Shown here piece after piece: positions 25,768 through 35,614 of a stretch of DNA of 46,906 bases. Source of the DNA: a virus; the UHGV virus genome UHGV-1362522; one strand, 5' to 3'. The position numbers and the translations under genes were made by a program. Position 1 is the first letter of the stretch; each line of letters begins with the position of its first letter. The notes beneath the pieces are model-generated. The model saw only the letters and a program-made list of their open reading frames with translations. It was not told where the DNA came from and made no database searches.

Positions 25768-28245
25768 TTGCAGCCAATGGCTACTACCCCAACTAATAAG
25801 CCAATCCCTTCTGAAGATCCGCGCGACCTGAAGTTTAACGCCGGAAAGATTGATGAAGAGGTTAACGGAAGCGCTGATTACTACACCGACCGATTCAGCG
25901 TGCAGAGGCTGACGAATACCGGCAGGAATAAGCAGTTTCATGACGCACAGACTCAAAGGGAGTCTGAATTCGAGGTGTCACAGGAAGATAAGGAAGACAG
26001 ATTTCAGCAATTTCTCTTAAACTCTGGTTATCAGTTTTTAGGAGACTATGAGGACGGGCCATATACAATAACAGGTATTAATCAAGTAATTCGTTATCAG
26101 AATGAGTTCTGGCGTTTAAATGCTGGCACTAATCCACCATATACAACCACTGGAATTAATAGCGCGTCGTGGACCACTGATGTTACTCATCTGGTAAGCG
26201 TTGGTGATGCAAATTTAAGACAGGACTTATCATCTCCTGCTGGCTTATCTTATATCGGGAAAGTAAGCACCGTTGCGGCATTACGTCTGTTAGAACCTCC
26301 CATTTCCGGTGGAAGTGTTATTCTTGCACGTGCTGTAACCGGTGGACCGTTATTGAATGCGATCATGACCCACAACCCAGCCCCATCTGACGCAATTGAT
26401 GATGGCTACAGCCGTTTCGTGACTCCCGGCGGTGAAGTGTGGGACGCAGATATTAGTAACGGAACCAACGTATTTTTAGCAGGATATTCTGATTCTTTAA
26501 ATAACCTGGCGCAATGTCTTAACCTCATAATCAGCCATAAAGTTTCTAAAGTAATTAGCCGCGGTTTTGTTGCCGGCGGTATTGGATCTAAATTAGTTGT
26601 CCCTGCAAACCCGCGGGCGGATGGCGTCACCACTTTTACAATGACGGCAGCAGTAAAAATACCCACTTTCCTGGCATTACATTTGCCACAGGGTGCTATT
26701 CTGGATTACTCCGCCTTTAACTCGGAAACAGCGTTAGTCGTGTCAAACGAGTTTACCGGGCTGACGCAAAACATGATGTTCCTGAATAACGGCCCCGGCT
26801 GGGGTTCAGGCGCGGGTGCTAACGCAGGCCACAATGAGGGCGGTATTTACGCTAACGGGGCGTTGCTGAAAGGTGGTAATACGCTTAGCAATCTGAACTT
26901 TACCACCTATCCCGGTCTGCGGGTAGGTAACGTCACCTATCCCAGCGGGTCTTATGCCCACTGTAGCGGCGCGCGGGTATTTGATTTGCGTGTATCTGGC
27001 TTCGCCGAGGGGCTTCGATTCGGCTCGGTAGATACCTATATCCCGTGGATTCGCGGTTGCCATTTTACGTTCAACAATATTGGTATCGCCACCAGGACTG
27101 CTATCTCGGGGTCGACAGCTCAATGGGCTAACTCCGGGGAAAGAATGCTGGTAGATTCATGCCTCATCGCTGATAACTTTAGCCATGCTCTATCCAGAGA
27201 TGATCGAGGGGACTTTATCACTCTCAAAGATTGTAACATCGATTATAACGGTGGTGACGTTGTATTCTGCGGCCCGAAGAACTTAGGGAAAACTATTATT
27301 TCTGGTGGTCACGTGGAAGGTAATGCCGGTAAGCTGCTTAATTGTCCGACCCGCACAACCACTGCTGGCGAGAATAATCTAAAAATGACTGACGCGGTTC
27401 AATGGTATCCTAATACTGGTGTCGGTGATGTTTATGGTGGTGTTCGAGATATCGTATTTGGGACAACAATTCGAACCGTTCTCGATATGGATAATGTTGA
27501 TATTTTCTGCCGTGCTCCGTATGTTAACGGCGCGTATTCGGCGTGGAAATCATATAACCCTGCTAACCTGGCAAGAATTCGTATTAAGTACCCTAACAGT
27601 GGTCAGACGTACAGATTCTTACCTTCTTATGACGGTCAGTATGGTTACAAAATTAATAACGTGTTGTTACTCTCAGGAACAGAAAACGCTAACGTCCCAA
27701 CAACCCGAGGTTTGACGGATTTTTGGTGTATTAAGACCGGGTCCGCTACGTGCGTATACGGTGGCGCGGGGGACGCTGATAGTGATGGCTTGATCCCGGT
27801 TAAAATAACGTTAACGTCTGCTAGTGAAACGGTGCAGTTATTGCATAGCCTTGCGCAATACCCCGCACGTAATACACAGCATGCGCACGGCTTTTGCTCC
27901 ATAAAAGCGGCAGCTGCAACCGGCGCCGTTAAAGTGTCTGCCGTCGCGAGGGCGATCTCCAGCGTTACGCGATCAGCTAACCTGTCTACAGGCGCAGTTA
28001 CCGACACTGAAAAATTGTATGGCGTCAACCAGAGTTCGGCGCAAAATATCCTAACCTCTCTGGCTAACTCCACGATATCAATCACTGCTAACGATTTTAT
28101 GGGTACTCAGCCTCTTGCAGTACAGTTAACCGGAGGCCAGTATTCATATCTCGGATTCTTGTTTACTGGTTTTGTCGGAACTATCTACGTAAAACTTCCT
28201 GTATGGATGTTCTCCGATAACCATCCTTCATTCGGGTATCTGTAA
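25768..28245 (+). CDS. tailspike protein with right-handed beta-helix (pectate-lyase-like depolymerase) domain
   Basis: Conserved N-terminal adaptor-like region, then Gly/Asn-rich repeats (NNGPGWGSGAGANAGHNEGGIY...FTFNNIGIATR) typical of beta-helix glycanases. Confidence 0.55.
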   Translation: MQPMATTPTNKPIPSEDPRDLKFNAGKIDEEVNGSADYYTDRFSVQRLTNTGRNKQFHDAQTQRESEFEVSQEDKEDRFQQFLLNSGYQFLGDYEDGPYTITGINQVIRYQNEFWRLNAGTNPPYTTTGINSASWTTDVTHLVSVGDANLRQDLSSPAGLSYIGKVSTVAALRLLEPPISGGSVILARAVTGGPLLNAIMTHNPAPSDAIDDGYSRFVTPGGEVWDADISNGTNVFLAGYSDSLNNLAQCLNLIISHKVSKVISRGFVAGGIGSKLVVPANPRADGVTTFTMTAAVKIPTFLALHLPQGAILDYSAFNSETALVVSNEFTGLTQNMMFLNNGPGWGSGAGANAGHNEGGIYANGALLKGGNTLSNLNFTTYPGLRVGNVTYPSGSYAHCSGARVFDLRVSGFAEGLRFGSVDTYIPWIRGCHFTFNNIGIATRTAISGSTAQWANSGERMLVDSCLIADNFSHALSRDDRGDFITLKDCNIDYNGGDVVFCGPKNLGKTIISGGHVEGNAGKLLNCPTRTTTAGENNLKMTDAVQWYPNTGVGDVYGGVRDIVFGTTIRTVLDMDNVDIFCRAPYVNGAYSAWKSYNPANLARIRIKYPNSGQTYRFLPSYDGQYGYKINNVLLLSGTENANVPTTRGLTDFWCIKTGSATCVYGGAGDADSDGLIPVKITLTSASETVQLLHSLAQYPARNTQHAHGFCSIKAAAATGAVKVSAVARAISSVTRSANLSTGAVTDTEKLYGVNQSSAQNILTSLANSTISITANDFMGTQPLAVQLTGGQYSYLGFLFTGFVGTIYVKLPVWMFSDNHPSFGYL

Positions 28246-28255
28246 GGAGCGAAGT

Positions 28256-28435
28256 ATGTTCTATATTAAAAATAATACCGACGGCACGTATTCAGTGGTG
28301 TCGGACGAGCCGGAAGAATATTTAGTTTCGGGGGAAGGTGATATGCCAGAGTGTTTTGATGACGCTTTAGCGCTACTCAACTCACATCTGGCACTAAAAG
28401 GTATAAATAAGCCTTTAACTTTAAAAAGTGAGTAG
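28256..28435 (+). CDS. hypothetical acidic protein (59 aa)
   Basis: Perfect SD AAGGAG 7 nt upstream. Followed by a strong terminator. Confidence 0.4.
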   Translation: MFYIKNNTDGTYSVVSDEPEEYLVSGEGDMPECFDDALALLNSHLALKGINKPLTLKSE

Positions 28436-28439
28436 TATT

Positions 28440-28464
28440 AAAGGGCCGCAAGGCCCTTTATTTT
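28440..28464. terminator. bidirectional rho-independent terminator
   Basis: AAAGGGCC-GCAA-GGCCCTTT with T-runs. Confidence 0.65.
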
Positions 28465-28598
28465 AATATTTTAGTAAGGAATATGGCGGTTAGTATCACA
28501 TACGACTCATGCTGTAGCATTTGGTAATTCGCTGGTAAAAAAGGCACTATAATTGATAGAAGCGCCATAAAATGCCAGTAAGTAACACCTTTAAACAT
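28458..28598 (-). CDS. 46-aa hydrophobic peptide
   Basis: SD GGAGGA 6 nt upstream. Sequence MFKGVTYWHFMALLSIIVPFLPANY... Its stop lies inside the terminator hairpin. Confidence 0.3.
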   Translation of the reverse strand: MFKGVTYWHFMALLSIIVPFLPANYQMLQHESYVILTAIFLTKILK

Positions 28599-28971
28599 CG
28601 CATATCCTCCGACATACCACCTATACAACCCTTAAATCCTAATCCGCTACATCTTACATGGTTTGCAGGTCCAATGTATACCTGAGTTTATTCCGCTATC
28701 GCAACCGATAATTTGATGCTCCTTGATCTTTATAGCCCAATCATCAGGAAAAGAATAATTTCCGCTCTTTGATTAAACCTGTATAACACTCCCATCTGTT
28801 TTGCATGTGATGACAGCGCCAATAACAGCTACATCACATCCAAACTTAGCTATAAAGCCTTCGCTAACTTCGACAAGATCTTTAGGTATTTCATCACCTT
28901 TCTTGAAATTCCGCATTTTACATATACTCCCGCGATTAATTTTATTAACTTAAATGATATCACAATCCACA

Positions 28972-29475
28972 TCAAAACGGAATATCATCACCAAAATCCA
29001 TCGGCGGATCGTTTACCGGTGGTTTTGATGTGTTTGATGGTTGCTGAGGTTTACCCCATCCTGATTGCTGATTGCTTCCTGATTGTTGTCGCTGCTGTGA
29101 TTGTTGGTTTCCATTATCACTTGATTTACCACCAATCATTTGCATAACGCCGTTCATCGGCTGCAAGACGATTTCAGTAGTGTATTTTTCAACACCGCTT
29201 TGATCTGTCCATTTTCGAGTGCGTAATTTACCCTCTATGTATACCTGAGAGCCTTTGCGCAGGTATTCGCCAGCCACCTCTGCCAGCTTTCCGAAGATAA
29301 CCACGCGATGCCATTCTGTCTGCTCTTTCTTTTCCCCTGTTGCTTTATCGCTCCACTGCTCTGATGTTGCCAGAGACAGATTGCACACAGCGCCGCCAGA
29401 TGGCATATATTTAACTTCCGGGTCTTGGCCTAGAGTGCCAAGAATAATTACTTTGTTGATTCCGCGAGATGCCAT
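28972..29475 (-). CDS. ssb: single-stranded DNA-binding protein
   Basis: OB-fold N-terminus, Gln/Gly-rich linker and the canonical C-terminal DDIPF tail. Confidence 0.85.
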   Translation of the reverse strand: MASRGINKVIILGTLGQDPEVKYMPSGGAVCNLSLATSEQWSDKATGEKKEQTEWHRVVIFGKLAEVAGEYLRKGSQVYIEGKLRTRKWTDQSGVEKYTTEIVLQPMNGVMQMIGGKSSDNGNQQSQQRQQSGSNQQSGWGKPQQPSNTSKPPVNDPPMDFGDDIPF

Positions 29476-29484
29476 AATTTACCC

Positions 29485-30531
29485 TTAAAAGTTTTCGATG
29501 TTCTGTTGAGATGTTGATGGCTTCTCTTCGTTTGAAGATGACGCGTGCGCATCTGCTTTCTGGAGTTTTGCCGGGTTGAAATCGTCCTGCGGCGTGATAG
29601 TTACAGCTGCTGGAGATTCATCATTAATGAATGATTCAATGCGCTCATACTCTTCTGCTGATGCCTTCAATGTAGGCCAGATTGCACGAATTTTTGCTTT
29701 CACTGAATCAGGCAAGTTAACTGCCTCGGCAGTTAACGCAGCAACGCCTTTCGACGCCGTCATTTGAAGTTTAGAGCGCCAGTGCTCAAACTCTTCGTCG
29801 ACCTTGACACCTGAATCCACCCATTTAATTAAACCTCTCCCATGAGCCTCGCCTAAGTATCCTTCGTGTACACTATCACGGCCTGAATCAAAGAAGATTG
29901 GACGCAACTCTTCTGGTAGCTTGGTAAATTCCTGAATTTTTCCATTATCATACATCATCATGCTTACTGTCATTTCAAACATAAAATCTTTTTCGCATAC
30001 AGCATGCAATCCGAGGGATTCAGGTTTCTTGGGGTTTTTAAAACTCGTTTTCTCTCTGGCTCGCAAACACACGATGATATGCATATTGCTCTGCAAAAGA
30101 GCGCTCATGAATTTTTTATGTTCAGACTTGGCTCGCTTCCAGTCTGCCATTGCCTTACCCTGCAATAGTGGTTGCTCTGCAATATCATTGCATCCTCCTT
30201 CACCTTCCCATTCGTGCGATCCTGAATCAATAACCAGAACCTTAACGCCTGCCTCCTGAAATTCCTCGATAGCCTGGCGGTAACGAGCTGGACTAAATGG
30301 CGCATACAAATCAGCGTGCATAAATGGACCGTCAAGCTCTCCAGAATAAAGCCTGCCACGACCATTTTCAGAGTCAAGAAATCCAATTTCTTCTGGTTTA
30401 TCGACCATACCTCGCGCCATCTTTAGTGCCGTAAGCGTCTTGCCGCTACCAGACTGACCTGAAATGCCAATCACTATGCGAGAACCTGAACGCTCTGCTG
30501 GTTTAATATTAAGAATACCCATTTGCATCAC
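29485..30531 (-). CDS. RecA-fold ATPase (Sak4-like recombination protein)
   Basis: Walker A GISGQSGSGKT, Walker B KVLVIDSG, acidic C-terminus. Lies next to ssb and an exonuclease gene. Confidence 0.5.
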   Translation of the reverse strand: MMQMGILNIKPAERSGSRIVIGISGQSGSGKTLTALKMARGMVDKPEEIGFLDSENGRGRLYSGELDGPFMHADLYAPFSPARYRQAIEEFQEAGVKVLVIDSGSHEWEGEGGCNDIAEQPLLQGKAMADWKRAKSEHKKFMSALLQSNMHIIVCLRAREKTSFKNPKKPESLGLHAVCEKDFMFEMTVSMMMYDNGKIQEFTKLPEELRPIFFDSGRDSVHEGYLGEAHGRGLIKWVDSGVKVDEEFEHWRSKLQMTASKGVAALTAEAVNLPDSVKAKIRAIWPTLKASAEEYERIESFINDESPAAVTITPQDDFNPAKLQKADAHASSSNEEKPSTSQQNIENF

Positions 30532-30539
30532 CTCACTAG

Positions 30540-31496
30540 TTATAAATTAAATTGTTTTTTGAACCATTCCGGCGTTTCCATTTCGATGACCGGATTACCC
30601 ATTGAGTAGCCAGGCCATGAATTGGCTTTTTTGCATGCCTTATAGATTTCCATCGCGCTGCGCAGCTGAATGCGACCAATGCGTAACTGTTCATCAGTCA
30701 GACGAATCAACGCAGGGATGAATGGAGATTTCTTCTCCTGCACCAGAAGATTTACCGAGCGAGGTGCATGCCCATAAGCCTCGACAAACATGTCGTGCTG
30801 CATCGCCATCTTCATAAAGTACCCGAGACGCGCTGCATGGCGGAAAAACTCATCAGGCTTTGCGCTGACCGCTGTTTTGTAGTCGATGATATCGCCACCG
30901 CGAGTAAGGCAGTCAAAGCGTACTTTTGATGGCTCGCCAAGCAACTGACCGAGAATTGACACCTCGGAATAAGCACCAGAAAGCAGGCTGCTGTAATAGC
31001 TGTTTGCATGGATTACGGCGCGCATCTGCATGATGGCGTCATAATCATTGCCTTCCAGCATTGTTTTACCAGTAGCAGCCTTCTCTGCTTCTTCACGGAT
31101 AACATCGTAAATCTGCACTGTCTCGCCAGTGGCCTGAATAATTTTAATCACTTCGGCTTTAGTCTTACCTGAAAGCCCTTTAATTCCGCGCTCTTTCGCC
31201 CATGAGTTCATGTCGGAAGCTGTCAACAGCACCGTGCGATTGCCATCTTTGTCTTTTGGAAAATCTTCGACAACTGGCATGCGGGCATATTCTGCTTCGA
31301 AGCGCTCAGGCTCAAGCAGTGCGGTATGGCTACCGGTGCCGAAGACAAGAGCCTTTGATTGCTCATCTTCTTCGTCTTTGTAGCGCCACGCTGCCGGGCA
31401 GCGGTCATAGATGTTCCACAGGCCAGAGCCGTTGATGTGCTCTGTGTCAGCATGATATTGGTCATTACTGAGTTCGTTGTTTAAATAAACTTTCAT
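30540..31496 (-). CDS. PD-(D/E)XK family exonuclease (RecE/lambda-Exo-like recombination exonuclease)
   Basis: GDIIDYKT provides a D..D-x-K motif. Position in the recombination module. Confidence 0.5.
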   Translation of the reverse strand: MKVYLNNELSNDQYHADTEHINGSGLWNIYDRCPAAWRYKDEEDEQSKALVFGTGSHTALLEPERFEAEYARMPVVEDFPKDKDGNRTVLLTASDMNSWAKERGIKGLSGKTKAEVIKIIQATGETVQIYDVIREEAEKAATGKTMLEGNDYDAIMQMRAVIHANSYYSSLLSGAYSEVSILGQLLGEPSKVRFDCLTRGGDIIDYKTAVSAKPDEFFRHAARLGYFMKMAMQHDMFVEAYGHAPRSVNLLVQEKKSPFIPALIRLTDEQLRIGRIQLRSAMEIYKACKKANSWPGYSMGNPVIEMETPEWFKKQFNL

Positions 31497-31540
31497 CCAT
31501 CACCTCTTTTTATTGTTAAATCAATCTACATCAAACCACG

Positions 31541-31957
31541 TCATTCATCAAGCCCAAAATAGAATAACGTCGCTCTTTTTATCTCCTCAAGACCATAAGC
31601 AATGGCTCCAAAGTGACCCTCTGCAATGGCGCACTCAAGAACATCAATCTGCGATGGCGATACTTTTGATTTTGTCTTATCACGCCTCTTCAGCTCAATC
31701 AGGCCGCATTTATGATTAATGCCGTGAGTTAGTATCACGTTGTCGCTTACACCGCTCCTGACGCCCATCTTTCGGCGTTTCTCGACGAATTGAGGGCCGC
31801 TCTTTGTTCCAGTCTCGTTAGGCACATGAAACCACAGGACTTCAGGGAATCGGTATTGCATCCAAAGACCATAGGCCATCTGGTCAGTCTCTTCTTTAGG
31901 GCATTCTCCACGATAACCGCTATCAAATACCCATATTCCACCATCAAGCTGCTTCAA
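31541..31957 (-). CDS. VRR-NUC domain nuclease
   Basis: GVSDNVILTHG....IELKRRDK...QIDVL fits the VRR-NUC PD-(D/E)XK signature. Confidence 0.55.
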   Translation of the reverse strand: MKQLDGGIWVFDSGYRGECPKEETDQMAYGLWMQYRFPEVLWFHVPNETGTKSGPQFVEKRRKMGVRSGVSDNVILTHGINHKCGLIELKRRDKTKSKVSPSQIDVLECAIAEGHFGAIAYGLEEIKRATLFYFGLDE

Positions 31958-33878
31958 TTTGTTCTCCTATGAAATCCTTGCGGTGGATTATATCGCGGCC
32001 TTTATCGTTAAAACGATGCGTGATGCGCTTAGGCGCTCTGATTAACCCGGCGTAATGCATGAAAGTCTTCGCATCATGGCAGTCCATCATTTTCTTCATC
32101 ATTGATTTATCTTCCAGGTGCGGAAGCAGAGCCTTCATTTTAAACATGTCGCGCAGGTGCTTTGGTTTGCCTCCGAACGGATAAAACACCTCATTTGCCC
32201 AGCCGGTCTTGCCATCAGCTTTTACCACCAGGTAGCGATAAAGAACCCCCTCAGCGTCTTTAGTCAACTCGACTTTAAAATCTTGCACATCTGTCCATTC
32301 TTTATCCGTGTAGGCTCGCTCATTAAGCGCCGCATTAGGGTCGCGCAAAACGTGATCGCATTGACGGCAATAACGAGCTGTCGGGTCGTTTTTTGTGCCG
32401 CAACCATCATCAAAAATGCGGATGCCGTGCTTGTCGAAACCACAGCGGATGAAGCTGAAAAACTCTTCGCAACGACCATCTGGCGATGTTGCATCCTTAC
32501 CGATGCAGCGCCGTGCATATGGGCTGTTCATCGTCTGGCATTTAGGGCATGGAACTTGCTCTCCGCTGCGCTTGGCGCGCTGTGCTTCTGCTTCCTCAAG
32601 AATAGGGTCTTCGTACAGACCGCCAAGCTCAAACATGGTTCCGGTGAAGTCAAGGCAAAGATGGTTTTCTTTCACCAGACCTGCGGCAATCTGGTCTGGC
32701 TTCAATAATCGCATTGGTCGGCCAAGTAACTGCGTCAGAAGAGTCAGGGACATGATTTTTCTCAGGATGACAGACGTGTCCCAATATGGGATGTTGACGC
32801 CAGTCGTCAGGCAACCGATTTGCAGCGTGTATTTTTTGCGCCCGGTTGCCGCATCTTTCAGAGCTTTCCGTCTGGCTTTCTGCCCCATATCCTCGGTAAC
32901 AATGGAATAACTGCCTTCTGGTAAATATTTTGCAGCCTCCTTGCAATGTTTTTTACCTGCGCAGGTAATGAGTACACCAAGTCTGTCGCGCGTAAGCTCC
33001 ATGACTTTGAGCATTATTTTTTGCGTCAATGTACCCTGCTTGAGGATTTCTTCCTGCATCTCTTTTAGCTGGCTATCAGTGAAGTCCTGCACTCCGTCAA
33101 CGTCACTACTGGCAAACTCATGCAGATCGTATTGCAAGTCCTCGATATCCTGCCCGCCAAAGATGGTAGGGACAAGAAACCCAAGATCGACAAGGTATTT
33201 AGTGCTGATGTTGACGATTTCATGTTTCCAGTAAGCCCCTTTTATCGACTCAACGCCGCGAAATGGGCTGCCGGTGTAGCCAATGACAATCACCTCATGC
33301 CCGTACTTGGATTTGCAGCGCCGGTTAAGTTCATTCATGATGACACCGTACTGCGTCTCTGGCTGATCTGATATTATGTCCTGCCAGTTAACCTGGTGAC
33401 ATTCATCGACAAGGATGTAGCGAGGGGTAAAGTCCGAAAGCAAAGATTTTGTCACTGTGCCATCGTCTGCCGTCTTATCAAAAAGACCATTTATTATTGT
33501 GCCCTCTGTTCCCGCGATAAGCGGATAGGCATAAGCCTTACGCCCAAGTGAAGCGCTAAACAAAGAGTTTTTTACGCTCAGGTTCCAAAGCTCCTCAGCA
33601 TCCTGCTCAATAATTTCGCCTTGTCTTGCGATGACAAGCCCCTCCCACCCCATATCCTGAAACCGACGGGCAATCATGGCGATCATAATTGTCTTACCAG
33701 CACCAACTGATGCTGTCACAAAACTTGGTTTAGGTTCTCTACCAAACTTGCGGATAACCTCCGCTGTCTTTTCATACACTAGCCACTGATATGGGCGAGG
33801 TTCAATTTCCCCGGTATGGATGCTGGCACGCAGCTTATCCATATCCAGCTCAGCAATCATTGCATCAATTTTTTGCAT
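31944..33878 (-). CDS. SF2 DEAD/DEAH-box DNA helicase with C-terminal zinc ribbons
   Basis: ASVGAGKT (motif I), LVDECHQV (motif II), then CPKCQ..C and CRQC zinc-ribbon motifs. Confidence 0.7.
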   Translation of the reverse strand: MQKIDAMIAELDMDKLRASIHTGEIEPRPYQWLVYEKTAEVIRKFGREPKPSFVTASVGAGKTIMIAMIARRFQDMGWEGLVIARQGEIIEQDAEELWNLSVKNSLFSASLGRKAYAYPLIAGTEGTIINGLFDKTADDGTVTKSLLSDFTPRYILVDECHQVNWQDIISDQPETQYGVIMNELNRRCKSKYGHEVIVIGYTGSPFRGVESIKGAYWKHEIVNISTKYLVDLGFLVPTIFGGQDIEDLQYDLHEFASSDVDGVQDFTDSQLKEMQEEILKQGTLTQKIMLKVMELTRDRLGVLITCAGKKHCKEAAKYLPEGSYSIVTEDMGQKARRKALKDAATGRKKYTLQIGCLTTGVNIPYWDTSVILRKIMSLTLLTQLLGRPMRLLKPDQIAAGLVKENHLCLDFTGTMFELGGLYEDPILEEAEAQRAKRSGEQVPCPKCQTMNSPYARRCIGKDATSPDGRCEEFFSFIRCGFDKHGIRIFDDGCGTKNDPTARYCRQCDHVLRDPNAALNERAYTDKEWTDVQDFKVELTKDAEGVLYRYLVVKADGKTGWANEVFYPFGGKPKHLRDMFKMKALLPHLEDKSMMKKMMDCHDAKTFMHYAGLIRAPKRITHRFNDKGRDIIHRKDFIGEQIEAA

Positions 33879-33892
33879 TTTGAATCACCCAA

Positions 33893-34414
33893 TTATTTCA
33901 ATCGACCAAAATCTTTGTGGTATTTTTTAGATGCTATTGCATACGCCATTGCGGCTGCTTCTTTTGTGGCATGCCTTCCAAGCCATATTTTTTTATTATT
34001 AACCCATATCCAGCAAGTCCATCTACCTGTCTGCTTGCAAAAACCGACACCTTTCACTCCTGATGTGTTGTGTTTTGGGGTTCTCATGTTTCTAACATTT
34101 TCGTTAAAGTTTGCCTCTCTAAGGTTTTCTATTTTGTTGTTTAAAGGATTCCCATCGATATGGTCTATTATTAACTCAGGCCAATAACCATGCACTAACG
34201 CCCATATTATTCTATGAACCTTTATATCAAAGCCTAAAAAACCAACCTGAAGATATCCACTTACAGTCTTTGAGCCTGCAATAGCACCACGTTTAACCCT
34301 GTTTGTTGTTGTTCTTTTCCATATGAGATTTATTCCGTCATATGAAAAATACTCACGCAGCGTGGATACTGGTATTGACCTCTCTTTTGACTTCATCAAT
34401 TCGAAATCATTCAC
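33893..34414 (-). CDS. HNH homing endonuclease with AP2 domain, between helicase and primase genes
   Basis: HRIIWALVHGYWP..IDHIDGNPLNNKIENLREANFNEN then SGVKGVGFCK..GRWTCWI (AP2). Confidence 0.7.
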   Translation of the reverse strand: MNDFELMKSKERSIPVSTLREYFSYDGINLIWKRTTTNRVKRGAIAGSKTVSGYLQVGFLGFDIKVHRIIWALVHGYWPELIIDHIDGNPLNNKIENLREANFNENVRNMRTPKHNTSGVKGVGFCKQTGRWTCWIWVNNKKIWLGRHATKEAAAMAYAIASKKYHKDFGRLK

Positions 34415-34476
34415 TTTACGTTACCCTCATTCAGTGTTACGCTTAAAGCATACAAACAGTAACAGATGGAGTCAAC

Positions 34477-35367
34477 ATGTTTTATTGGGAAGATATACGA
34501 CAAAGGATGATTGGCAACTGGGAGGCCGCGCTGCTATCAATAGTGAATATTGACAGGAAGGTTTTTAATGGAAAGCATCAGCCATGCCCTCATTGCATGG
34601 GTAAGGACAGGTTTAGGTGGGATAACAACTTCGAAACAAAAGGTGACGGCGGCGCCATCTGCAACCAGTGCGGAAACGGCAGCGGAATCACCTGGCTAAT
34701 GAAGCTGTCAGGAATGACGTTTCCAGAGTCAATGGAGGCACTGGCCGGATTTCTGAACATGCACCCACGCGAAAAACTTGAGGCGATTAGAAAGCAGTTG
34801 CCAAAAGTCAATGGTGCATCGGACTGCCTTGCTCCAGAAGAAGTGGCGGCCATCATGGAAAAAGCAGGCGGCGACACTATAACCGGTAAAACTGGTGAAC
34901 TGGTGGCGATACCACTCTATATGGCTGGAACCATGTCGCCGTGCAACGTGGCTTTTCTGGCAGACGATGAAACCGTGTCATTTCGCGCGGGTTTTAGCCA
35001 TGAATACACTCGTGGAAGACTTACGCGCGGCGCAGTGACACCGATTGGTGAAAAAACAGAGTGGACATACCTGGTTGCGGATTACCTCGATGCCTGGCGA
35101 GCACACCGGCTTACCGGTGCTCATGTCTGGTGTTGCTGGTCGCCGGAAAATATGTGGGAAGTTGTGCGCAATGTGAGCGATGAACAGCGAGCTAAACTTC
35201 GCTGCATCATTAATAATAATTTCGACGAGGTATGCGCCGCCGAGAATGCTGGCCTGCCGATACTGATTACTGATGATGGTAATGATATCCGTTACAGCGG
35301 CGCCATCAGAAAAAGGCTGTATAAACCAGAAGAGCTATTTGAAGCACTAAAAAACAAACCCTCCTGA
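34477..35367 (+). CDS. DNA primase (zinc-ribbon + TOPRIM-like)
   Basis: CPHCMGKDRF...CNQCG primase zinc ribbon. Acidic D-x-D region downstream. SD GGAG. Confidence 0.55.
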   Translation: MFYWEDIRQRMIGNWEAALLSIVNIDRKVFNGKHQPCPHCMGKDRFRWDNNFETKGDGGAICNQCGNGSGITWLMKLSGMTFPESMEALAGFLNMHPREKLEAIRKQLPKVNGASDCLAPEEVAAIMEKAGGDTITGKTGELVAIPLYMAGTMSPCNVAFLADDETVSFRAGFSHEYTRGRLTRGAVTPIGEKTEWTYLVADYLDAWRAHRLTGAHVWCCWSPENMWEVVRNVSDEQRAKLRCIINNNFDEVCAAENAGLPILITDDGNDIRYSGAIRKRLYKPEELFEALKNKPS

Positions 35368-35380
35368 TGGAGGGTTTTTG

Positions 35381-35614
35381 TTATTCTATGCTAATTAAAA
35401 CGTAACCAGGAAGATATAAGCTTACATCAGCTATATGCACAATTAATTTATCAACCCTCTCACCTGTGTAATCACCATCCCATTCATAAAGAGCAAGAAT
35501 GTCTCCAACCTTAAAATTACGGTCGTTATTCCTTAGTTCAGCCCTCTTTAAACCATCAACAACAGGCCAAAAGTGTTGAGGTAATATTTTAAGTTCATGT
35601 ACTTTGCTCATCAT
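35381..35614 (-). CDS. DUF3850 (ASCH/PUA-like) protein
   Basis: HELKILPQHF...ELRNNDRNFKVGDILALYEWD matches the DUF3850 signature. Confidence 0.5.
   Translation of the reverse strand: MMSKVHELKILPQHFWPVVDGLKRAELRNNDRNFKVGDILALYEWDGDYTGERVDKLIVHIADVSLYLPGYVLISIE

Noticed and set aside
32118-33371. Plus-strand ORFs of 83-196 aa within the helicase gene
   Set aside because: They are antisense to a gene with clear SF2 helicase motifs. No SD and no motifs.
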